Shown one piece after another: positions 29,179-37,373 of a stretch of 64,000 nucleotides of DNA. Each line of letters opens with the position of its first letter. The first letter of the stretch is position 1. Below the pieces are notes generated by a model. That model had not been told where the DNA came from. It ran no database searches and saw nothing but the letters and a program-made list of their open reading frames with translations. The position numbers and the translations under genes are program-made. Location of the stretch: positions 326,265 to 390,264 of the forward strand of contig JAYQMD010000001.1 of NCBI GenBank assembly GCA_038143535.1, in the 5' to 3' direction. Source of the stretch: Bacteroidota bacterium. GTDB taxonomy: Bacteria > Bacteroidota > Bacteroidia > Flavobacteriales > Flavobacteriaceae.

Positions 29179-30636
29179 ATGAAAAAACTACTCGTTTTAT
29201 CTTTGCTCTCTTTACTGCATTGTGAAAAAATTTGCAGCCAGAAGACCATTCAAAAACCAAATGTATTATTGTTTTATATGGACGACTTACGTCCTGAACT
29301 AAACAGTTATGGGGTAGTACAAATTCAATCCCCAAATATTGATGCGCTAGCAGCAAAAGGGGTGAAGTTTACGAATGCCTATTGCAACATACCCGTTTGT
29401 GGGGCATCACGTGCCAGTATGCTTACAGGAATGCTGCCCACAAAAAGCAGGTTTTTAGATTACAACACTTTTGCTGAAAAGGAAACACCCAACGCCATAA
29501 GTCTTCCGCAATTATTTAAAGAAAATGGATACATAACCATTTCAAACGGTAAAATCTACCATCATCTAGATGATAGGGAAACAGACTGGGATGAGGTTTG
29601 GCGTCCTTATGCATTTGATAAGAACGACACCGGCTTGGCACCAACCGATTATTGGCAATCGCTTTGGAAAGATTATCACAATCCAGAAAATATAGCAACC
29701 TATAAAAAGACAGATAGCGGCCCTGCGTATGAAAGTGCAGCGGTTACAGACTCCGCCTATATTGACGGCTTGATGACGGAAAAAATCATCAGGGATATTA
29801 AAAGGCTAAAGAAAAATGGCACGCCGTTTTTTTTAACGGCTGGTTTTATAAGCCCACATTTACCCTTCAATGCTCCAACAAAATATTGGGATTTATACGA
29901 CAGAAATGACATTAAACAACCCAAAAACTACAACTATTTGCCAGTTGAAGCTCCAAAAATGAGTATTAGTAATTGGCCAGAAATGCGCTCTTATACCAAC
30001 ATTCCCAAACGTGGTCAAGTTTCAGACAGCATAGCAATAGATTTAATTCACGGCTACTATGCCACAGTTTCTTACTCAGACGCTTTGATTGGTAAAATAC
30101 TATATGCGCTTAAGGAACAAGGGCTCGATAAAAATACCATTGTAGTTTTGGTTTCTGACCACGGCTATAATTTGCAGGAGCACACACAATGGGCAAAATT
30201 TACCAACTACAACACCTCAACCCAAGTGCCTTTGATTATTTACAATCCGCTTACCAATGACACAGGATCAACAGATGCGCTAACGGCACTGGTGGATGTT
30301 TACCCTACACTGGCAGAACTTTGTGGTCTTAAGCCGCCAGCAGGTCAATTAGATGGAACGAGTTTGGTAGCTGTTATGTCCAATCCAAAATCCGAAGGAA
30401 AAAAGCATGTTTTTATTAAAAGGGGTAAAGGGTTTACGCTGAAGACAAAAGATTTTAGCTACACCGAGTTTATTAGACCACCGGATAACACGACCGTTGC
30501 TTCCATGCTCTACGATCACCGATCCAATAAGGACGAAAACGTCAATGTTGTATACCAAGAGGAATTCGCAGACGTGGTATTGGAATTAAAGACTACGCTG
30601 CATACGGTTTTTAAAAAAAATATAGTGGGTGAGTAG
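29179..30636 (+). CDS. S1-family sulfatase (iduronate-2-sulfatase-like paralogue)
   Basis: Signal peptide MKKLLVLSLLSLL, NVLLFYMDDLR, the C-x-A-x-R motif PVCGASR and VSDHGYNLQEH. Confidence 0.85.
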   Translation: MKKLLVLSLLSLLHCEKICSQKTIQKPNVLLFYMDDLRPELNSYGVVQIQSPNIDALAAKGVKFTNAYCNIPVCGASRASMLTGMLPTKSRFLDYNTFAEKETPNAISLPQLFKENGYITISNGKIYHHLDDRETDWDEVWRPYAFDKNDTGLAPTDYWQSLWKDYHNPENIATYKKTDSGPAYESAAVTDSAYIDGLMTEKIIRDIKRLKKNGTPFFLTAGFISPHLPFNAPTKYWDLYDRNDIKQPKNYNYLPVEAPKMSISNWPEMRSYTNIPKRGQVSDSIAIDLIHGYYATVSYSDALIGKILYALKEQGLDKNTIVVLVSDHGYNLQEHTQWAKFTNYNTSTQVPLIIYNPLTNDTGSTDALTALVDVYPTLAELCGLKPPAGQLDGTSLVAVMSNPKSEGKKHVFIKRGKGFTLKTKDFSYTEFIRPPDNTTVASMLYDHRSNKDENVNVVYQEEFADVVLELKTTLHTVFKKNIVGE

Positions 30637-31146
30637 TTTGAAACCTTTGGCCCAAAGCAGCTTATTTTAAGCGAATTTTTAATTAGCGTTTGTGTCTAAA
30701 TTAAAATCTGTGACTAGTTCAGAAAAAAAAGCTCTTTTGTTCCTTTGTATGACTCTTCTTCGAGTTCTTGATTTTTAATCGAACTTAAATCGTACCGAAA
30801 TAACAACAATCTCAAGTTTTTCTAAAATTTAAAATTAGGTATCCCAATCAAGCTGTATTTTATTAGATCATTAATATATTATTAATAATTAGAAGCGATA
30901 CAATATTCTGCTCACTAGCTAGATTAACTCACTTCGTTCATTGGACCTTAAAAAAACTCCTTAATTTCTCAAGGATTTTCTTTACATATAACTTATTGGA
31001 AATATCGAACATTAGTTTGACTCCAAAAGACTTAATTAACAATCATCATACAATGACTTATATAATGAAAAGTTGAACTAATATGATTTTGATTTCCCCT
31101 CACCATAATTATTCAAAGCTGCAGCAAAACTGAAGCGATTGTTTAC

Positions 31147-31416
31147 CTAATTACCTGCAAAAGGAGTTTCAAAAAGACCTACTGCCAACTCTGCCCATAT
31201 TAACATGAATATTAAAACCAATATTCCAATGTATAGGATTCGATTTTTTAAATTCTTTATACGATTACTCACAAAATTAATTCCAATACTAAGGAAGATT
31301 AGTAGAAAACCCATAATAATGAAATCAAATACACTCCAGTTAATTACATCAGTGATAGTTATTCCAATTAAAGGAATTAATAACAAAAAAAGAGGATAAA
31401 GAATTCTTTTTGACAT
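31147..31416 (-). CDS. small membrane protein (89 aa, about 3 TM), unknown function
   Basis: Hydrophobic ORF in a very AT-rich segment. The call rests only on ORF length and TM-like composition. Confidence 0.4.
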   Translation of the reverse strand: MSKRILYPLFLLLIPLIGITITDVINWSVFDFIIMGFLLIFLSIGINFVSNRIKNLKNRILYIGILVLIFMLIWAELAVGLFETPFAGN

Positions 31417-31429
31417 GCTCTAAAATAAT

Positions 31430-31476
31430 AAAATGATTATCTATAAAATAGTAAAACCGTTTTATTGTTTTAGTAG
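31430..31476. repeat. distal copy of the tRNA-fMet 3'-flank direct repeat
   Basis: aaaatgattatctataaaatagtaaaaccgttttattgttttagtag matches 33599..33645 at 42 of 47 positions, counted by hand with no gaps. Confidence 0.85.
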
Positions 31477-31530
31477 ATAACTCTATTGAAATTAGGTTAT
31501 TAATGCTGCCAATAATATTTAATGCTACTA

Positions 31531-32223
31531 CTAAAAGTCTGCAATACGAATTAACATCAATATGTTTACTACTTTTCTTATTTCAGAAACGTTCTTAGAA
31601 AACTCTGCAAAAAGCGGATCTGACATCATTTTTTTTGAGTCGGTTAAGGCAGTTTTAATGTCAGGATGACCGATCCAAGCAAAATGAGTGTAATCTCCTG
31701 TTTTCCCAACCATTGGAGCTGCTAAGCCGTATGATCTGTCAGAAAAGTTCAGTTTTTTAGCCATTTTTTTGGTGAAATCTTTAAACTCACTTAAATAAAG
31801 ACCAGGATTTGAAACCTCCATTTGATAAAACATAAATACATTATCTTCGGCCCAGTCCTCATCATTATACCATATTGGAGTGTTTAAAGTTTGAGAGATA
31901 TTAGAAGAAAAAGCTTCTAATTTCCTCTCCCATACCAATTGCGCTTCTTTAGATTGACCATAAGAAATAAATGCTTTTTCAAATGCAGTTTCACTTGGAA
32001 AACAAAATTGTATTGTATGTGTTGCTTCATTTGAACCATTAGGGCCGTAAGCAAACAACGATTTTGTTGCTTCCAGGTTTTTACCCCATTCTGTATCCAT
32101 CAAATCATTCATAGCTGAAACAACCATTTCAGGCTCATCGACTTTGATATCAAACAATAAACAGTATTGTGCGGATGTATTCAAGCTTAAACACAACCAA
32201 AGAATTACTAATATTTTATTCAT
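31531..32223 (-). CDS. secreted hypothetical protein (230 aa)
   Basis: Signal peptide MNKILVILWLCLSLNTSAQ. I recognise no family. It sits inside the AT-rich islet. Confidence 0.5.
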   Translation of the reverse strand: MNKILVILWLCLSLNTSAQYCLLFDIKVDEPEMVVSAMNDLMDTEWGKNLEATKSLFAYGPNGSNEATHTIQFCFPSETAFEKAFISYGQSKEAQLVWERKLEAFSSNISQTLNTPIWYNDEDWAEDNVFMFYQMEVSNPGLYLSEFKDFTKKMAKKLNFSDRSYGLAAPMVGKTGDYTHFAWIGHPDIKTALTDSKKMMSDPLFAEFSKNVSEIRKVVNILMLIRIADF

Positions 32224-32240
32224 TACATTAAATTTTAAAG

Positions 32241-32621
32241 TTGATTTGTCTCAAAAATAACAATAAATTACACACCTCAAGTATAGATGCTATACAAACG
32301 CAAATTTTTGATATGCGTTGTAAGCTACTTTTGCAGTCCAATAGCGTGCAAATTGACCATAAAAGAAGGCTAATTGGTTCGATATTTCCAGAAAAATTTC
32401 AATTTCAAAATAAAAAAGTTCGAACCGCTGATATTAACCCTATTTTACACAAAATTGCAGAATTTAACAGAGTAAAACAAGAAAATAAAAAAAGTGACAA
32501 ATCTCAGAAAAAAGATTTGTCCCGGTGTGTAGATAACTCTGTTGAAATATCGAACTTTGATTTCACACCTCGAGATTTTGAGATTACCATTCAAACTATA
32601 TACCTAATTCAAAATGATTAA
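32241..32621 (+). pseudogene. C-terminal remnant of a large serine recombinase (Bacteroidota type)
   Basis: The segment ...DHKRRLIGSIFPEKFQFQNKKVRTADINPILHKIAEFNRVKQENKK... resembles, from memory, the C-terminal region of Bacteroidota recombinase-family proteins. The catalytic N-terminal resolvase domain is absent, because the ORF starts 17 nt from a divergent gene. Confidence 0.4.
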
Positions 32622-32686
32622 CATTATTTTAACTGTGTTCATTAATCCTAATTGATAATTTACTATCTAAAATTAAAAGTGCCTTT

Positions 32687-33548
32687 ATGCGAATTATATT
32701 TAAATTATTTACAATAATCCTATTGTTTTCATGTAACAAAAATGAAGACCCTCAAGAACAGGTCACTAATGATTGCACAGGAGAATATGCTTCAGAAGAA
32801 ATACAAGATACTCTTGTGTCGGCTTTTTTTGGACTTGATAATGCACTACCAAGTCTATTTTTATGTAATCAACAAGCAGGCCTGTTAGATGGTATGCCTG
32901 TTAATTTTAAATTCCCATTAGATGCATCCAGTTTATCGGAAACTGATTTTGAAGTTATAGATAGCCTAGGAAATATACATACCCCTATTTGTGTTTCTAT
33001 GGCCCCCGCAGATGAAAATGGAGAAAATCGAACTGTGCTTCTTAGGTGAATTTGGGACAGCTGTTACCAATCCACCTGTTGAAGTTAGAGTTATAGGGGA
33101 TTTATTTACAACTGATACTTTTTCTGGAGAGTCAGTTTGTTTAGAAATCATAAACCTAAACGGAATCACTACTACTAATGTTATTCCGCTTGCTGATGGA
33201 CCAAGTTTATTCTTTGCCCAAAGAATTGATGATAATCTGAATGAATGTAATTCAGGTACACAAACGATTCAAGTTGCTTGGAATGGTGGCGTTACACCGT
33301 ATATAAGTGGTGATACCGAATCTGACTTATTTCAGTACTATGTTGGATATTCTTACTGTTCTGGAGTTCTAATACCGCATGAGCCTATTTCGATAGCAGA
33401 TATAAATGACAACGACAACTTTCACCAACTTTGTTTTTCTACAAGTGATGAAATTGTTAAAATTTCAATGGCGGCTAACACGGTTGAAGACCCAAACCAA
33501 GACCCAAATTTATACAGTGAAATTGATGTGAGTTCCTGCACTCAGTAA
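32687..33548 (+). pseudogene. lipoprotein of unknown function, split by a frameshift near 33040
   Basis: Lipobox IILLFSC. Track ORFs 32687..33049 and 32991..33548 overlap in different frames and join naturally as ...ENRTVLL/GEFGTAVTNPP... Confidence 0.5.
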
Positions 33549-33598
33549 AATATGGATATCTGCAGAATATTAGACCAAATTATCACTTCAGAAATAAA

Positions 33599-33642
33599 AA
33601 AACGGTTAACTATATAATAGTATAACCGTTTTATTGTTTTAG

Positions 33643-33645
<3 letters not shown>
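33599..33645. repeat. tRNA-proximal copy of the direct repeat; also a bidirectional terminator hairpin
   Basis: Reads AAAACGGTTAactatataatagtaTAACCGTTTTattgtttt. An intact 10-bp stem is present here and is degenerate in the distal copy. The repeat overlaps the last 3 nt of tRNA-fMet. Confidence 0.85.
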
Positions 33646-33715
<70 letters not shown>

Positions 33716-33773
33716 ATGTGGACGCCAAAAATACAAAACTTCTCTCATATAGCAATAGCTCTTCGGCAATCCT

Positions 33774-33781
33774 TACCTTTG
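33774..33781 (+). promoter_or_regulatory. -7 box TACCTTTG upstream of era
   Basis: Matches TAnnTTTG only 4 nt before the era ATG, implying a very short or absent leader. Confidence 0.35.
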
Positions 33782-33785
33782 CATC

Positions 33786-34658
33786 ATGCATAAAGCAGGT
33801 TTTGTCAACATTATCGGAAGTCCAAACGTGGGAAAGTCTACCCTTATAAATGCCATATTGGGAGAAAAACTTGTCATTACCAATGCCAAAGCACAAACCA
33901 CACGCCACAGAATTCTCGGTATGTTAAATGCAGATAACTACCAACTTATTCTTTCTGATACACCCGGGATTATTCAACCTGCCTACAAGCTGCAAGAGAG
34001 CATGATGGATGCCATGCAATCTGTTTTTGATGAGGCTGACTTATTGATATATTTGGTAGAGATTGGTGAGAAAAAAGCTAAAATTGAAAGTATTATCCAA
34101 CGCCTGGCCAAAACAGACAAACCACTATTCCTAGTCATTAATAAAATCGATAAAGGCAATCAGAAGTTGCTGGAAGAGACTATTGATGCTTGGAAAGAAC
34201 AGTTGCCCAATGCACAAATAAGAAGTATTTCGGCTCTTGAAAAATTTCAAATTGAAGAATTGGTAGCGCAAATGGTAGCCCTGCTGCCCGAACACCAACC
34301 CTATTTTCCAAAAGATCAGCTTACCGACAAGTCCGAACGCTTTGTGGTAAATGAAGCCGTCCGAGACAAGATATTGTCAAACTACGACAAAGAAATTCCG
34401 TATTCGGTTGAGGTCACAACAGACGCTTTTAAGGTCGAAGATAGCATTATAAAAATTAGCGCAGTTATATTTGTCGAGCGCAATTCTCAAAAGGGAATTT
34501 TGATCGGACATAAGGGCGCAGCCCTAAAAAAAGTGGGGACTCAAGCCCGTCGTGATTTAGAACGATTTTTTGAAAAAAAAGTGCATCTAGAACTCTTTGT
34601 TAAAGTAAACAAAGATTGGCGCTCAAATGCGAATGCCCTAAAACGTTTTGGATATTAA
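33786..34658 (+). CDS. era: GTPase Era
   Basis: 290 aa with G1 GSPNVGKST, G3 DTPG, G4 NKID and a C-terminal KH domain. Confidence 0.9.
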   Translation: MHKAGFVNIIGSPNVGKSTLINAILGEKLVITNAKAQTTRHRILGMLNADNYQLILSDTPGIIQPAYKLQESMMDAMQSVFDEADLLIYLVEIGEKKAKIESIIQRLAKTDKPLFLVINKIDKGNQKLLEETIDAWKEQLPNAQIRSISALEKFQIEELVAQMVALLPEHQPYFPKDQLTDKSERFVVNEAVRDKILSNYDKEIPYSVEVTTDAFKVEDSIIKISAVIFVERNSQKGILIGHKGAALKKVGTQARRDLERFFEKKVHLELFVKVNKDWRSNANALKRFGY

Positions 34659-34687
34659 AAACCACACACTTAACCTGTAAATTAATT

Positions 34688-35992
34688 ATGCGAAACCTAG
34701 TTGCAATTGTTGGAAGACCTAATGTAGGTAAATCTACCCTGTTTAATCGCATGGTCCAGCGACGTGAAGCTATAGTAGATGCCACAAGTGGCGTTACACG
34801 CGACAGAGAATACGGTAAAGCCGATTGGAATGGCTGTGAATTTACACTCATTGACACCGGCGGATATGTAGTAGGTGGAGATGATTCCTATGAAAAAGAA
34901 ATTGACCAGCAAGTTGAAATTGCCATTTCGGAAGCAGATGCCATTATTTTTATGGTTGATGTAGAAACAGGCATTAATATTATGGATGAAGAAGTGGCCA
35001 AGTTGCTGCGCAAATCTGATAAGCCTGTTTTTCTTGTTGTGAATAAGGTAGATAACGCCAAACGCATCATGTCCTCTGTTGAGTTTTATACTTTGGGTAT
35101 CGATAGCTTATTTCATACCTCTGCCATGAACGGTGGGGGTACGGGCGATTTATTAGACGCATTGGTTTCTGCACTTCCAGATAAAAGTGCACCAATAGTC
35201 GATGGGTTGCCCCGCTTTGCAGTAGTAGGTAGACCCAATGCCGGTAAATCTTCTTTTGTAAATGCCCTTATTGGTGAGCCTCGAAACATTGTTAAAGACG
35301 AAGCGGGTACCACTCGTGACAGTATTGATACGGTTTATAACCGTTTTGGTTTTGAGTTTTGCCTTGTAGACACAGCTGGCATCCGTAGAAAAACCAAAGT
35401 AAAAGCCAATATTGAGTTTTACGCTGTCATGCGCGCCTTGCGGTCTATCGAATTTTCGGATGTATGCATGCTTGTTTTCGATGCAACCAGATCTTTTGAT
35501 TCGCAGGTCAAAAACATATTTTGGTTGGCCGCCCGAAATCACAAGGGGATCGTAATCTTAGTAAATAAGTGGGATTTGGTTGACAAAGACACCAACAGTA
35601 CCAAAAAAGTTGAAGAATACATTCGCGAGGAAATATCGCCTTTTACAGATGTACCCATAGTATTTGTTTCTTCCCTTACCAAACAGCGTGTATTCAAGGC
35701 CATAGAAACGGCAGTAGACGTGTATAAACGCCGTTCACAACGCATTCCTACGAGGAAACTCAACGATTATATACTTCCCATCATTGAAAAAAATCCACCA
35801 CCAGCTTTAAAGGGTAAGTATGTTAAAATAAAGTTTGTGACCCAATTACATTCCCCACATCCACAGTTTGCTTTTTTCTGCAATCTGCCCCAATACGTTA
35901 AAGATCCATACAAGCGATTTTTGGAAAATAAGCTCCGTGAAGCGTATGATTTTAGTGGAGTAACAATCGATATTTTTATAAGGAAGAAGTAA
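34688..35992 (+). CDS. der: ribosome-associated GTPase Der/EngA
   Basis: Two tandem GTPase domains (GRPNVGKST and GRPNAGKSS, each with DTGG/DTAG and NKxD) plus a KH-like C-terminus. The start is set at MRNLVAIVG (ATG 34688). Confidence 0.9.
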   Translation: MRNLVAIVGRPNVGKSTLFNRMVQRREAIVDATSGVTRDREYGKADWNGCEFTLIDTGGYVVGGDDSYEKEIDQQVEIAISEADAIIFMVDVETGINIMDEEVAKLLRKSDKPVFLVVNKVDNAKRIMSSVEFYTLGIDSLFHTSAMNGGGTGDLLDALVSALPDKSAPIVDGLPRFAVVGRPNAGKSSFVNALIGEPRNIVKDEAGTTRDSIDTVYNRFGFEFCLVDTAGIRRKTKVKANIEFYAVMRALRSIEFSDVCMLVFDATRSFDSQVKNIFWLAARNHKGIVILVNKWDLVDKDTNSTKKVEEYIREEISPFTDVPIVFVSSLTKQRVFKAIETAVDVYKRRSQRIPTRKLNDYILPIIEKNPPPALKGKYVKIKFVTQLHSPHPQFAFFCNLPQYVKDPYKRFLENKLREAYDFSGVTIDIFIRKK

Positions 35993-36313
35993 TTAAATCT
36001 CTGCTTTTATACGCAGCAACTCCTGCCGAATTTTTTGTAGTTTCTTTAAAACGCTTAGGTTTCCTTTTTTTTCTCTGCTGAGTTCTTTTTTGGCACCTTC
36101 AAGTGTAAATCCACGCTCCTTTATCAAGCTGAATATCAACTCAAACTTTTCAATATCCTTTGCTGAAAATTTGCGTGTTCCGCTTTGGTTTTTCTTTGGA
36201 CTGATGATTTGGAACTCTTTTTCCCAATAACGTATCAAAGAAGGTTTTACTTCAAAGGATTCGGCCACCTCGCCTATGCTGTAGTACAATTTTTCAGGTA
36301 AACGATGTCGCAT
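35993..36313 (-). CDS. MerR-family transcriptional regulator (short, HTH plus helix only)
   Basis: 106 aa. YSIGEVAESFEVKPSLIRYWEKEF is a MerR-type HTH. There is no recognisable effector-binding extension. Confidence 0.75.
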   Translation of the reverse strand: MRHRLPEKLYYSIGEVAESFEVKPSLIRYWEKEFQIISPKKNQSGTRKFSAKDIEKFELIFSLIKERGFTLEGAKKELSREKKGNLSVLKKLQKIRQELLRIKAEI

Positions 36314-37290
36314 TAGTCAAGCGATTGATTCTCGCGGTTAGCAGCTTCTAACATGGCCTCAAATTCTTCTGGATTAAGGTCGCCAGAAAAGAAATTAATA
36401 GGCTTGATTGCCTTGCCGTCTTAGTGGATTTCATAATGAAGGTGTGGGGCTTGCGATCGTCCTGTATTACCCACATAGCCAATGATATCGCCCCGATTGA
36501 CACGCTGACCCCGCTTTACGTTATAATCACTCAGGTGGGCATATAATGTTACATAACCATAACCGTGGTCTATACGTATGTGTTTTCCATAGCCAAACGA
36601 ACGGTTGTCTGCTCGGGTAACTTTACCGTTGCTTGTCGCGTAAATAGGCGTTCCTCTTGGAGATGTAAAATCCATCCCCTTGTGTTTGCGACGGGCTTTG
36701 GTAAAGGGGTCTGTACGCCATCCATAACCAGATGCCATACGTTTTAAATCATCATTTTTAATGGGTTGAATTGAAGGAATTGCAGCCAATAATTTTTCCT
36801 TGTCAAGTGCCAATCGCTGCACTTCATCAAATGACTTGGATTGAATAACCACCTGTTTGGACAAAATATCCAATTGTTTTGTGGTGCTGATAATCAAGTC
36901 TGAATTGGCATAACCCTCCAAGTTTTTATATCGGTTTGCACCACCAAAACCAGCTTTCCTAACGTCATCGGGCACTGGGTTGGTTTCAAACACCACGCGG
37001 TAAATCTGGTTATCGCGCTCCTGTAAATGATCGAGGACTTCTTCGACCTTGTTCATTTTTCGTTGTAATTGCTCGTAGTTGAGTTTGTAGTTTTCGAGTT
37101 CCCGTGCTTGCGCAATCTCAGTGGGAGTACTGATGGCAGGAGTGGAAAGTAAAAAGAATACGAAGGCTATACCGAATAGGCCAGAAGCCGTTAGAAAGGC
37201 CAAGACATTACGTGCTTTTCGTCGATTTCTAACCTCTATTTTTCGATAAGATAGACTCTCTTGGTCGTAGTAATACTTAACCTTTGCCAT
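36313..37290 (-). CDS. membrane-anchored M23/LytM peptidase, interrupted by an in-frame TAA at 36421..36423
   Basis: TM anchor, coiled-coil region and LytM motifs HKGMDF and PHLHYEIH. After the TAA the same frame continues DGKAIKPINFFSGDLNPEEFEAMLEAANRENQSLD and ends in a TAATG overlap with merR. Confidence 0.8.
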
Positions 37291-37373
37291 TCCGTAAAAT
37301 GTACTATTTTTACTCCGCTGAATAAGCGTTTACTACAAAGATACGTAATTCAGACTAACCATTAAACGGTTTC

